From Fimbriimonadia bacterium (GTDB lineage: Bacteria; Armatimonadota; Fimbriimonadia; Fimbriimonadales; JABRVX01): 64,000 nucleotides of DNA. Positions 18,774 to 28,806 of this stretch are shown here, piece after piece. Under the pieces are notes generated by a model that saw only the letters and a list, made by a program, of their open reading frames with translations, was not told the DNA's origin and did not search any database. A program made the translations under genes and the position numbers. Numbering within the stretch: position 1 is the first letter of the stretch; the number at the start of each line of letters is the position of its first letter. Location: assembly GCA_041483895.1 (NCBI GenBank), contig JBGPGO010000002.1, positions 128,001-192,000 on the forward strand. Direction: 5' to 3'.

Positions 18774-21700
18774 GGTCCGTTTATCCAACGATTGCTGAAT
18801 ATATCCGTGATGTCATAGCCACCAGAGCCAAGCGTCTGATCTAGGAACTCTCTAAGCGTACTTGAAATTCCGATCTCTTTGCTACGGAGTCTCAGGATAA
18901 ATCTTAAGCCGAACTTTTCGGCATGCAGGATATAGTCTTTTAACTGATTCGACAAGCCCACCTTTCTACTCCAGTTCTTTACATCACCGATCTCAACATC
19001 ATTGAGTATATCTGGAATTCGATAGTTCGCTGTCTTTGTAATGGATTTAATTCGCTCGGTGTTTTTCTCGATTCCTGCAGCAACCTCGCCGACTCGTCCT
19101 AATTGCACAACATTCCTCATCTTCGACGCAAGCCGGGAAGCTCGGTAGGCGTTGGTCATCGTGACGTACGCGTTCTTGATGACTTGCGGAAGATTGGCGG
19201 TCCACTTGTTATGCGCCCAAACCTCGTCTGCACCGACGAAAAATGTGTGCGGATCCTCGACAGAAAGGTTGTAAACCGTGATGGCGGGAAGGCAGTCGAT
19301 CTGCGTGATCTGGACCTGATCGGAATGCGTCACCAGCCAGTCACCGATGGCGAGCTGAGATGCAGGAACCCAGCCGGAACCGACCTTGTAGAGCGGATGC
19401 TCCGCGGTAACCTCCAACGCGCCACTAGAATCAAATGTGAAGTGGATGCGCTCCGCGGGCGAACATGTTATGTTGTTTACAACATGTGTATGCACAATCT
19501 GCCCGGTCGATTCATCCTTGGCGAGAATTGTTGCGCCGGGTGTCAGTTCGTCAATCGCCGTATATCCACTCGGGGTTTTGACGGGCGTTCCGGCAGGAAA
19601 GCATGCGCCGAATCCCGCCGATCTCGACAACCAACCGACGGACTTCTTTGCCCAAGGCATGAGCGCTTTCACTGCTGGAGCAGTGACAAACGGAATTAGA
19701 GAACAGACACCACCAATTGCTGCGTCGATGAAGTGATCTTCCGCCGCTTCATCGTTCCCATTTGCCGCATCTATAAATCCCGCTATAAGGTTGCCAAGGG
19801 TCCATCCTATATCAATTGCCGTATCAATGTACGCTCCGGATGGGTCCTTCGCGGTGATTGGCCGATTGCCCGCATAAGAATAAACATTTGCATCGCCACC
19901 GCGTACGCCAACCGGATCTCGCTGCATCCAGCGGCCGACGCTGGGGTCGTATTCGCGCGCGCCGACATGGTATAGCTTGGTCGCGGGAATGTACTGATAT
20001 CCGTACGCCGCGTTCCACCGGAACGGGTTGGCGGTGGAACCGGTCTGGGAGGTGATGTTCCCCCATGCGTCGTAGGTGTAGCGGTCGGTGATCGTGGCCT
20101 GGTTGTTGACCAGCAGCCGGGTGTGGCCGAGCCCGTCGTAGATGTAATATCTGCGGGCGCTTCCGGCTACGCGGTAGATGGGACCGGTCGGTCCCCAGAC
20201 GTAACGGGCGACCAGATTGCCGTTTCCATCCAGCTCCGCGATGAGCTCCCCGAACTGGTTGTAGAGAAAGTAGCTGTTGAACGATCCGACGGTCTGCTTG
20301 ACGCGCAGGCCCATGGCGTCGTACTCGGCTTTGTAAACGGGCGAGCCGTCGAGTTGCACTTCCGTGAGGTTGTCGAGGGCATCGTAGAGGTAACCGTACG
20401 TGCCGGTATTCGAGACCCTCTGCGACCGCGTGCCGTTGGGGTCATACTGGTAGCTGACTCCAGTGCTTTCGGTGGCGAGCTGGTTGGTGTGCACGCCGCC
20501 GGCGTTGTATTCTGTGAACGACCTGGTTCCCCAGTTCGTTAGGTTGCCCCCAAGGTCGTAACTGAAGTTGTTGGTCGTGCTCCCGCGAACTTCCTGTCGG
20601 AGTTGACCGTACGGATCGTATTTCCAGGAGACGTTCGTCGAGCTCAAATTCACCCATTCCGCGCAGGTCGCGGGAGTGTTGTCTGGGTAGGGGGTGTAAT
20701 TGTAATGAGCAAAAACCGCTCCAGGGTTGCCAAAACTGAGCATCTGAGTGATTTTTCGGTGGTCGACGCGCTCCAAGAATCCGTGCCCATGTCCCGCAGT
20801 GCCACCGTAGAAGAATTCGGTCTCCAGCTTGTCGTTCGCCATGGAAACGACCACCAGCCGACCTGCGCCATCATGAATGAATCCGGACGTTTCCGATGGC
20901 GAAGTAGTGTCGTCAACAATGGAAGCGACCAATCCGGAGTCATCGTAATAATAGTTCAGACGCTGCAGGACCGTCGAACCAAGCTTTAGCGTTTCGCGAC
21001 TCACCGAACCATCCGGATTGTAGAGGTACTCGATCCCATAACCCGTACCAGGTCCGTTCGGAAATTGAGTCATTGTGGACAGTCGGTTTGTGTCGTAATC
21101 GTAGACGAAATCCGTTCGCCGCGCCTCCGAAGCGCTGACGCTAACCTTCGCGCTCAAGACGTTGCCTGCCAAATCCAGTCCAAATTCGTGTGTGGTGTTG
21201 CCAAAGGCGCTTTTCGTCAACCACCGATTCTTGTTGTAGGTGTGGGAAATCGTTTCGCTGCTTGGGCGAACGATCTGACGAATCAGACCATCGCTTGTGT
21301 AGTTATAAGATTCGGTAAGTGATACTACATTGGAGCCGTCCCAGGAATCAAAGACGGTTGCCGTCTGTTCCTCAAACGCGCCATAGTAATAGGTTTCTCG
21401 AGCTCCATTACCTGCCATAACAGCGGAGGGTTGGTCAAGGGAGTTGAATTCAATGCTGACCATGTCGCGAGCTGGATATGACTGGCCTTCCCAGTCCGTC
21501 CAATTCGGTGCGGAAACTTTGTCGGGGAAGCCGGTATCGCTCGACCCGGTTGGATTGTAGGCGACGTTGAATATCCGCCCTCGTTCGTCCGTCGCCTCGA
21601 CCAATTTGGAGTCGTCATAGGTCATGTCGAAGTGGTTGGCGTCGTTGTACAGGATCTGGGTCGGTTGGCCTAGGACGTTGTAGCTGACCTGTGTCGTTAC

Positions 21701-23341
21701 CCCATTGGCCTCACCGCCTTCAATCACGGACGGAGTCGACGGGTCGTCCTGGGGATAGAAACGAACGGACTTGGCTTTTCCGAAATCTGTGTAGTCCAGA
21801 ACCTTTCCAATCCGTCCGATCGGATCGACGATCTTCTCCGGCCATCCCGCGAACGCCGAACTGGAGTCAAAGTAGGAGTATTTCGAGGGAGAATTGATGC
21901 CAGGCGCCCAGACTTCAGCCAGGTCGCCGATGGAATTGTAGTTGATGTGCCACTTGTCATTTGCGCCATTCCATATTTGAGTCCGCGCGTTGACGGGGTT
22001 GTGCGTATTCGGATCGTATTGTCCGTTACCGATATACCAATCGGTCTCGTAGTCATAGTTCAACGCGAACCCAGTCGGTTCTTCCTCGAAAACAGGATTG
22101 AAACCATTCCAAGATACGTTCCACTCGAAACCACGAAAGTCGGTGATCTTCCAGACGTTGCCGTTGAGTTGCCGGTTGATCGTGGCTTCGATGTTCCCGT
22201 ATACACCGTCGAATTCGGTGTCCATCTCAATTCGCGTCGGCAAGCCTTGTGAATCCAGATCCATCTGCATAGACGGTGTCGAAGTTGCATTGTTGAACTT
22301 GTAGCCTTGGAGCGAAGTAACATCCAGCACGGTCGTGTTGCCGCTTGGGTTATGGGTGTATTTGAACTGGTGTGTGAGATTTCCGAGCGAACGACCGTAC
22401 TTGACATAAAGTTCGGGGTTCGCCGCGTTGTTGAACAGGTAACCGATAGCGTACGGCAAATGGGACCCGATCTTTTGTGTGGCTACAGATACGAATGGCA
22501 AGTCTGGATTGTGCTCATAATAGCTTTCCAGACTGCTCCATTGGTCAACCAGCGTTGCCGTCGCGCTGTTTTGGACCGTGATGGCCGTGAGGGTCTCTAG
22601 GAATTCCAAAACCTCATTCAGTTCACCGATGTTTGTGCCCCAATCCGCTCCCTCTGGAACTTGCGGTTGGTCAACGGAAGCGCGAATTCGACCAAAATAC
22701 TTGGTCGTATCCGAATATGGTGGAAGCTGGAGGATGACGTCCGAAGAAGGATATGGAACTGAATACCATTGAATTCGAATTGGATGGGCGCCCGTGGGAT
22801 CGATTACCTCAACCCGGGGATTTTGAAGGTCCCAGTTGAATTGATACACGCGGCCAAGCGGATCGGTTACGGTCTTGATCGTTCCTTTGGGGGTGCCTTC
22901 CTGTCCGTGGAAAACGTAGACCCAGTTCCCGGCCATCTCCAGAGCGCCGGGAGGGCCCGCCACCAGGGTATAGTCGTCGCCTTTTGTCAACTGGCTCTTG
23001 GTTGTCGCATCCCCTGTCCAACCGGCTCCGAAGTTCTCGAATGATGGGCCATCACCGTCGACGTCGGCAACAAAAATCCTCGGATTCTGATTTTGGCCTA
23101 TGCCTTCTGTCAGCCGGAGGGCGAGAAATCCGTATCTGTTTCCCCAATAGTCCACGGTGACGACGCCAGAGAGACTCTCCCAAACATTACCGGCCGGATC
23201 CCAAGTGAACCCAAAATCGGATCGCAACGCGCCGGCAGACGGGCTCGCGTATGGAATCTGCCAGACGTTCGGAACCTTGATGTCGTCGTCCGCAAAGGAC
23301 AACAGTGGGCAGAGAACCGCCAGCAGCAGGACATGTTTCAT
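18743..23341 (-). CDS. Rhs/YD-repeat polymorphic toxin: signal peptide, Rhs core, pre-toxin HINT, Tox-REase-7-type nuclease
   Basis: MKHVLLLAVLCPLLSFA signal after GGGAGG; YD repeats; YHVGAREYDPSVGRWMQRDP..NRPITAKDPSG; HINT CFPAGT...VYNLSVEDPHTFFVG..WAHN; GRVGE..KNTERI..YRIPD..DVKN..NQLKDY. Confidence 0.93.
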   Translation of the reverse strand: MKHVLLLAVLCPLLSFADDDIKVPNVWQIPYASPSAGALRSDFGFTWDPAGNVWESLSGVVTVDYWGNRYGFLALRLTEGIGQNQNPRIFVADVDGDGPSFENFGAGWTGDATTKSQLTKGDDYTLVAGPPGALEMAGNWVYVFHGQEGTPKGTIKTVTDPLGRVYQFNWDLQNPRVEVIDPTGAHPIRIQWYSVPYPSSDVILQLPPYSDTTKYFGRIRASVDQPQVPEGADWGTNIGELNEVLEFLETLTAITVQNSATATLVDQWSSLESYYEHNPDLPFVSVATQKIGSHLPYAIGYLFNNAANPELYVKYGRSLGNLTHQFKYTHNPSGNTTVLDVTSLQGYKFNNATSTPSMQMDLDSQGLPTRIEMDTEFDGVYGNIEATINRQLNGNVWKITDFRGFEWNVSWNGFNPVFEEEPTGFALNYDYETDWYIGNGQYDPNTHNPVNARTQIWNGANDKWHINYNSIGDLAEVWAPGINSPSKYSYFDSSSAFAGWPEKIVDPIGRIGKVLDYTDFGKAKSVRFYPQDDPSTPSVIEGGEANGVTTQVSYNVLGQPTQILYNDANHFDMTYDDSKLVEATDERGRIFNVAYNPTGSSDTGFPDKVSAPNWTDWEGQSYPARDMVSIEFNSLDQPSAVMAGNGARETYYYGAFEEQTATVFDSWDGSNVVSLTESYNYTSDGLIRQIVRPSSETISHTYNKNRWLTKSAFGNTTHEFGLDLAGNVLSAKVSVSASEARRTDFVYDYDTNRLSTMTQFPNGPGTGYGIEYLYNPDGSVSRETLKLGSTVLQRLNYYYDDSGLVASIVDDTTSPSETSGFIHDGAGRLVVVSMANDKLETEFFYGGTAGHGHGFLERVDHRKITQMLSFGNPGAVFAHYNYTPYPDNTPATCAEWVNLSSTNVSWKYDPYGQLRQEVRGSTTNNFSYDLGGNLTNWGTRSFTEYNAGGVHTNQLATESTGVSYQYDPNGTRSQRVSNTGTYGYLYDALDNLTEVQLDGSPVYKAEYDAMGLRVKQTVGSFNSYFLYNQFGELIAELDGNGNLVARYVWGPTGPIYRVAGSARRYYIYDGLGHTRLLVNNQATITDRYTYDAWGNITSQTGSTANPFRWNAAYGYQYIPATKLYHVGAREYDPSVGRWMQRDPVGVRGGDANVYSYAGNRPITAKDPSGAYIDTAIDIGWTLGNLIAGFIDAANGNDEAAEDHFIDAAIGGVCSLIPFVTAPAVKALMPWAKKSVGWLSRSAGFGACFPAGTPVKTPSGYTAIDELTPGATILAKDESTGQIVHTHVVNNITCSPAERIHFTFDSSGALEVTAEHPLYKVGSGWVPASQLAIGDWLVTHSDQVQITQIDCLPAITVYNLSVEDPHTFFVGADEVWAHNKWTANLPQVIKNAYVTMTNAYRASRLASKMRNVVQLGRVGEVAAGIEKNTERIKSITKTANYRIPDILNDVEIGDVKNWSRKVGLSNQLKDYILHAEKFGLRFILRLRSKEIGISSTLREFLDQTLGSGGYDITDIFSNRWINGPWHLPLLTPR

Positions 23342-23639
23342 TTCTTTTCCCTCCCGGCAAATATCATTGGGTCTATTATAAAGCAGTTCCTCCAATTCGT
23401 CAAGAGCTTTGTGAAAAATTATCGCTAATACCTCGCAAGGCAAAAAGACAGTGACGATGGGACGGTGTGGGTCGTCCAACGGTGGGAAGGCCCCGGCGCG
23501 TTGACAAAGGGGCGGTGGAAGCGTTATGATCGGCAGGCGGACCACGAGCCGCTTGAGAGAAGAGTCGGCGGGCGGAGACGAACCGCCCCATAAATAGCGG
23601 CCCACGAGCCGCGCCAAGGAAGGCATAGGAGGCCACGGA

Positions 23640-24161
23640 ATGAGGCAACTTACGAAACTCGCGTTATCCTGCGCGCTCGCGTGCGGAGTGTTCGCCCCCC
23701 AGACATTCGCCCAAAACGAAGAATCGCTCTCAATCAGAGGCGGCCTTTGGCTGCCGGTCGATACCACCGTCAAGGACGTCGCGACGATCTGGTTCGCCGC
23801 CGGCGTGGACGTGCATCTATCCACGGCGTTCCTCCCCAATTCGGAAACCGTCCTCAGCGCGGACTATCTCACGCACAGCCTGGGAGCGACGCCGGGAAAC
23901 ATCTTCCCGCTCACCATCAACGAATATTTCTATCGCCCATACGGCCTCCATAGAGCCTATTTCGGCCTCGGCGCCGGCGCTTTTGTCACCGATGTCAAGG
24001 GCAGCCCGTCGAAGACCGTTTTCGGCCTCAAAGGGACCCTTGGCGTGGAGCTGGACTTTCGCTGGTTCGCCGAACTTGACTATTTTTGGAGCGATCGGTT
24101 TGATACCGGCACCGGAGCGCGCGTGAACGGGATCGCCGCCTACATCGGCTTCAAGCTGTGA
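23640..24161 (+). CDS. Putative outer-membrane beta-barrel protein
   Basis: Signal peptide, amphipathic strands, YFGLGAG, C-terminal YIGFKL. Confidence 0.7.
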   Translation: MRQLTKLALSCALACGVFAPQTFAQNEESLSIRGGLWLPVDTTVKDVATIWFAAGVDVHLSTAFLPNSETVLSADYLTHSLGATPGNIFPLTINEYFYRPYGLHRAYFGLGAGAFVTDVKGSPSKTVFGLKGTLGVELDFRWFAELDYFWSDRFDTGTGARVNGIAAYIGFKL

Positions 24162-24643
24162 GAGGGATACTCGCCGGCCTTCTCTTGGTGAGCGGCGTCG
24201 CATGGGGCCAGATCATCGAGAGGCCCAAAATCGGCGTCAAGCTCGGCATCGGCTTTTCCGATACGAAGGATGTCAACGGGACGGACAAGAGCACGCGGTT
24301 CTATTTTGGCGCCGGCGTGGACGTTTCGCTGTCCGCTTTGCCGATCTGGGGCGGGCTGCCGCGGATTGACGGAGATCTGTTCTATGGTCCGGGGAGCAGC
24401 TCCCTGTTCCGAGTGGGGCTGACGGAGATATGGCACAGCCCGAGCATCGTGCCCAGCCAACCGTACTTTGGCTTGGGCGCCGGTTTCCTGTTCGCTGACA
24501 AGCGGGGCGAGTCGGACCGGAGGGTTCTGTCCGTCAAGCTGTTGGGCGGCGTCACAATTGGCAAGAATCTATTCGTGGAGGCCGCAATCCTCCAATCGAG
24601 CAGGACCGACGCCGTCATTTTCGAGGTTGGCCAGAGATTCTGA
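24158..24643 (+). CDS. Putative outer-membrane beta-barrel protein (paralog of upstream gene)
   Basis: Shared FxAGVDVxL and YFGLGAG motifs; C-terminal Phe; GTGA overlap. Confidence 0.7.
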   Translation: MRGILAGLLLVSGVAWGQIIERPKIGVKLGIGFSDTKDVNGTDKSTRFYFGAGVDVSLSALPIWGGLPRIDGDLFYGPGSSSLFRVGLTEIWHSPSIVPSQPYFGLGAGFLFADKRGESDRRVLSVKLLGGVTIGKNLFVEAAILQSSRTDAVIFEVGQRF

Positions 24644-24701
24644 GCGTTTTTCGGCGGTTTCCCGGTATCCTGGTCAGACTGGGTTATAGGTACGCCGTTC
24701 A

Positions 24702-25655
24702 ATGTTCAGCAACACGCCCCTGCGGGTCTTTAGCGGGACCTCCAACGTTCCGTTCGCACAAAACGTCGCCAAGAAACTGAACCTCGAATTAGGGGATGTG
24801 GACATCCGCCGGTTCGAGGACGGGGAGTGCCACGTCAGCTTCCGTGAATCGGTTCGGGGCGCTGATTGCTACGTTATTCAGTCTTGCGGACCCCCCGTCG
24901 ACGTGAATTTGATAGAGATGCTGATCATGATGGACGCTTTACGCAGGACCAGCATCGCCCGCATCACGGCGGTAATCCCTTATTTCGGCTATGCCCGGCA
25001 GGAGAAAAAAGAGCATCCCCGCGAACCGATCACCGCGAAACTAGTTGCCGATATGATTATGTGTGCTGGCGCACATCGCGTGATGACAATTGACCTCCAC
25101 GCATCCGCGATCCAAGGTTTCTTCAATTGTCCCGTGGATCACCTCAGCACCCTTAAAAGTTTCACAGAATACTTCCGAAAGTTGAAAGATCGCCGCATAG
25201 TGGTCGTTTCGGCTGACGAAGGCGGTGTAAAAAAGGTAAGAAAAGTAGCAGCGGTATTGGGCGCCCCGATTGCGGTAGGGTACAAAATCCGTCCGGAACC
25301 GGATAAGAGCGAGTTGACGGAGCTGGCGGGAGAGGTTCGGGGCAAGGTGCCGATTATTATTGAGGATATGATCACGACCGGCGGGAGCGTAGATAACTGT
25401 ATCGACGCGCTGCTCGCGGCCGGTTGTGAGCCAGAGGTCTACATTGCGGCAACGCACGGGATATTGGCGGGCCGGGCTATCGAGCGCCTGAGCCGACCGG
25501 AGGTTGCGGAAGTGGTTGTAACGGATACTGTGCCAATCCCGGAGGAAAAAAGGTTCGATCGGTTGAAAATTGTGAGTGTCGCGCCACTTTTTGCTGCCGC
25601 AATCGAGCGAGCGCACAAGGATATGTCGGTATCCTCACTATTTGAATTGGAGTAG
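24702..25655 (+). CDS. prs: Ribose-phosphate pyrophosphokinase
   Basis: FEDGE, ESVRGAD, PYFGYARQ, DLHASAIQGFF, ATHG, VVTDTV. Confidence 0.95.
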   Translation: MFSNTPLRVFSGTSNVPFAQNVAKKLNLELGDVDIRRFEDGECHVSFRESVRGADCYVIQSCGPPVDVNLIEMLIMMDALRRTSIARITAVIPYFGYARQEKKEHPREPITAKLVADMIMCAGAHRVMTIDLHASAIQGFFNCPVDHLSTLKSFTEYFRKLKDRRIVVVSADEGGVKKVRKVAAVLGAPIAVGYKIRPEPDKSELTELAGEVRGKVPIIIEDMITTGGSVDNCIDALLAAGCEPEVYIAATHGILAGRAIERLSRPEVAEVVVTDTVPIPEEKRFDRLKIVSVAPLFAAAIERAHKDMSVSSLFELE

Positions 25656-25662
25656 GTACCTG

Positions 25663-26304
25663 TTGCAGACGGAACGGGAGCTGCGGGAATTGTTGGTGGA
25701 ATTTGGCCGCCGGTTGTGGGACCGGGGGCTAATCGGCGCTTGTGAGGGCAATATTTCCATTCGTGTGGACGCCAACCGGCTGCTGTGCACCCCTGCCGGC
25801 GCGAGCAAGGGTCATTTGGAGCCAGACGGATTGGTGATGGCCGGCATCAAGCAGCGGTGGTTCGCGGGTGGCGAGCCGACGTCTGAAGTCGCGCTGCATG
25901 TGGCCTGCTACGCGGCCCGGGACGATATCGGCGCGGTGATCCATGCGCATCCGGCCATCGCGACGGGATTTAGTTTGGCGGGCGAGACGATACCGACCGG
26001 TGTTTTGAACGAGGCGGACCTGGTTCTTGGCGAGGTGGCGCTGGTGCCGTACGCGGTTCCGGCGTCCGACGACGTTCCGCGGAAGATCAAACCGTTCTTA
26101 CACAACCACAATGTCTTTCTCTTGGCGCATCACGGTGCGGTTGCGTTTGGGACCGGTCTCCATGAAGCGTACAACCGGATGGAAACGCTGGAGCGCTGCG
26201 CCCAGATCATCCTCACCGCGCGCACGTTGGGCCGGGTGAACTCCATCCCTTCGGCCAATGCCGCTGAGCTGCTCGGCGTCAGCGAAGCCGCTTCCGGCGG
26301 ATGA
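25663..26304 (+). CDS. Class II aldolase/adducin family protein
   Basis: [30 protein letters not shown] start inferred. Confidence 0.9.
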   Translation: MQTERELRELLVEFGRRLWDRGLIGACEGNISIRVDANRLLCTPAGASKGHLEPDGLVMAGIKQRWFAGGEPTSEVALHVACYAARDDIGAVIHAHPAIATGFSLAGETIPTGVLNEADLVLGEVALVPYAVPASDDVPRKIKPFLHNHNVFLLAHHGAVAFGTGLHEAYNRMETLERCAQIILTARTLGRVNSIPSANAAELLGVSEAASGG

Positions 26305-26573
26305 TCTCTCGTCTGATCGCCCGCGTCACTGGCCGGGTGCAGGGTGTCGGCTACCGGGCATTTGTCGCGCTCGAGGCCGCGGAATTGGGTCTGACTGGGT
26401 ATGCGAGCAACGATGATGACGGCAGCGTTGAGATCCTTGCGGAAGGTGGGGAGCCGCACCTCCAACTGTTTCTTCGTTCTCTTCACGACGGCCCGGCTCT
26501 CAGCCAAGTGGAGGAAGTCGAGTTCCGGATCGAAGAGGGCGAGCACAGCTACGAACGATTCGTGATCCGGTAA
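26301..26573 (+). CDS. acyP: Acylphosphatase
   Basis: [29 protein letters not shown]. Confidence 0.93.
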   Translation: MISRLIARVTGRVQGVGYRAFVALEAAELGLTGYASNDDDGSVEILAEGGEPHLQLFLRSLHDGPALSQVEEVEFRIEEGEHSYERFVIR

Positions 26574-26713
26574 ACGGCCTCCTAACTTTAGGGACTTTGA
26601 GAAGCGATGAAATAACCTCTTGGCCTTTGGAACCGCAGCAATTTGCTGTCACGCCACATGCCGTGCTGCAGGGTACTAACTTCGCGCTAAGTGGTACATT
26701 GACGCAATAGACG

Positions 26714-27778
26714 ATGTCAAAACAGCAATCAGCAACATACTGGGTACTCACCGAGAAGGGCGAACGGCTAGGACCAATCGGAGCAGAATCGGTCCAGTCG
26801 CTTTATCGTGCTAGATCAATTTCTGCCACGGATAGGGTGCAAGGCCCTGACGAGAATAGCGTTGATGTGGGCCAATTCTGCGCTTTGCGGGAACAAGAAA
26901 GCCAGCGTTCGCAAGTAAGGGTCGTGCAGTTGTACAGATTGATCGGGATAGCGTGGGGGCTATTCATTGCATCTATCTATTTTGGTCAGGGGCCAGCATG
27001 TTTCGTGGTTCTTTGTGTGAGCCCACGCGCATACGCGCATCTATCTATCAATGAAAACGCAGATCGGTCATCCCCACGAGTGGATTCTGCAACTGAGAGG
27101 TTCAAGAGAGACATGGAGCCGATTGAGAAGGCATACATGTGGATCGGCTCAACCATAGGACTGGTTTTGTTTGCTGCTTCGGGATACGTGTCGCTGTGCC
27201 TTTGGCGCCAGCGTGAAAGGTTGGCGAGAATAAATGGCTGCATCCTATTGATGCTGTGTGCCATGTTGATCATTTACTCGGGTTTGGTGAGGAATAGCGC
27301 CATTGTGCAGCGAAGACGGTTTCAGAGTGCTTTCGACACGCCAACCAGCGCACAGAGAAGCCGAGGAATTGAAAGCTTTGACAGATTTCGGGGATTTGCG
27401 TGCGACTCTTATCTTAAAGGGAGGTGGAACGTGCGCGAAGTTAAGGAGGTAGTCCATGAAAGGGCGCTCATCGAAGACAAAGCCAGAAGAGAGAGGCGCG
27501 GTTACACGCCGGCAGGTACTGAAGGCCGGGGGTGGGGCGCTGGCGGGGCTGGCGCTGGCGTCGCACGGATTGATGATCGACACGGCCCCCAAAAAGGTGC
27601 GCATGGGCGTGGTCGGGGGGAACTTCGGGGCGGACTTCTATTGGCACGAGCACCCGGATTGCATCGTCGCGGCGGTAAGCGACTTGCGGCCCGAACGGCG
27701 CGATCGCCTGATGCAAGCCTATCGGTGCGAGAAGGCGTACAACTCGCTCGAAGAATTGGTGAAAGATCCCAATGTTGA
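26714..27778 (+). CDS. Hypothetical membrane protein with GYF_2-like N-terminus; 3' end doubtful
   Basis: YWV..GERLGP N-terminus and 3-4 TM segments; frame runs ~320 nt into the next gene. Confidence 0.45.
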   Translation: MSKQQSATYWVLTEKGERLGPIGAESVQSLYRARSISATDRVQGPDENSVDVGQFCALREQESQRSQVRVVQLYRLIGIAWGLFIASIYFGQGPACFVVLCVSPRAYAHLSINENADRSSPRVDSATERFKRDMEPIEKAYMWIGSTIGLVLFAASGYVSLCLWRQRERLARINGCILLMLCAMLIIYSGLVRNSAIVQRRRFQSAFDTPTSAQRSRGIESFDRFRGFACDSYLKGRWNVREVKEVVHERALIEDKARRERRGYTPAGTEGRGWGAGGAGAGVARIDDRHGPQKGAHGRGRGELRGGLLLARAPGLHRRGGKRLAARTARSPDASLSVREGVQLARRIGERSQC

Positions 27779-28712
27779 CGCTGTCGCGCTATTCACGGAG
27801 GGACCCAACCATGTGAAGCACGCGGTAGAGGCCCTGAAGCATGGGAAGCATGTGATTTCGGCGGTGCCGGCATGCATGGGTGGCGGCATCGACGAGGCGC
27901 ATCGGCTGCTCGACGCCGTCAAGCAGAGCGGTTTGACATACATGATGGCGGAGACAAGCTACTATCAACAGGTCACTATTTCCGCGCGAAAGTTCTGGGA
28001 GCAAAAGCGGTTTGGCGAGATCTACTATACGGAAGCGGAATACCAGCATCCAGGGTTGGAGGCGCTGTTTTTCGAAAACGGCAAACGCACTTGGCGTCAC
28101 GGCGCGCCGCCGATGCTCTATCCCACGCATTGCACCGCGTTTCTGATCGGCGTGACAGGCGAACGGCTGACGGAGGTGGTTTGCCATGGGTGGGGTGATG
28201 ACGATCCGATTCTCAAAGACAATGCGTTTAAGAATCCATTTTGGAACGAGTCGGCGCTGTTCCGCACGAATCGCGGGCACGCTTTTCGAGTGAATGTGTG
28301 GTGGAAAGGGGCTCATTTCGGGTGTGAGCGGGCACAGTGGATCGGCAACAAGATGAGCTTCTATGACAGCTCGTCGACCGGGGCGGGGCCGGTGATCATT
28401 CGCGCGGGCAAACAGCAGGAAAAGGACGACGCCGGCTTCGTGCGCGACTTGCCGGAATTTGAGCAATATCAGCAGCCGCAGTGGTGGAAGACCGATATGC
28501 TGCCGGAGCCGTTGCGGCACGATTCGGGCCATCACGGCTCGCACACTTTTCTGACGCACGAGTTTGTGGATGCGCTTTCACACGGCAGGCGGCCGACAGT
28601 CGATATCTACGAGGCGCTGGCGTACACCGTGCCTGGAATCATCGCCCACGAATCGGCGCTGAAGAAGGGCGAGCGGCTAAAGATCCCGCAATTCGAACTG
28701 CCAAAGGCGTAG
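27456..28712 (+). CDS. Tat-exported Gfo/Idh/MocA oxidoreductase
   Basis: VTRRQVLK Tat motif, MGVVGG, HGKHVISAVP, YMMAETSYY, GHHGSH; AAGGAGG RBS. Confidence 0.92.
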   Translation: MKGRSSKTKPEERGAVTRRQVLKAGGGALAGLALASHGLMIDTAPKKVRMGVVGGNFGADFYWHEHPDCIVAAVSDLRPERRDRLMQAYRCEKAYNSLEELVKDPNVDAVALFTEGPNHVKHAVEALKHGKHVISAVPACMGGGIDEAHRLLDAVKQSGLTYMMAETSYYQQVTISARKFWEQKRFGEIYYTEAEYQHPGLEALFFENGKRTWRHGAPPMLYPTHCTAFLIGVTGERLTEVVCHGWGDDDPILKDNAFKNPFWNESALFRTNRGHAFRVNVWWKGAHFGCERAQWIGNKMSFYDSSSTGAGPVIIRAGKQQEKDDAGFVRDLPEFEQYQQPQWWKTDMLPEPLRHDSGHHGSHTFLTHEFVDALSHGRRPTVDIYEALAYTVPGIIAHESALKKGERLKIPQFELPKA

Positions 28713-28720
28713 TCGCTGAT

Positions 28721-28794
28721 AAAGTGTCAAGGATGTCCTGTCAGAAGTGTAAATCACGTCTTGTCAGCGTACATGTGATGGTTGAAGGATTCAA
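28721..28794 (-). repeat. Copy of the CCTCAAC/TGACAGGAC modular repeat
   Basis: Reverse complement of 28721-28770 matches 50875-50924 at 46 of 50 positions. Confidence 0.8.
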
Positions 28795-28806
28795 GAGTTT
28801 TGACAA

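Noticed and set aside
23342..23839. 166-aa N-terminal extension of the Rhs ORF
   Set aside because: It overlaps the divergent gene; RBS and signal peptide place the start at 23341
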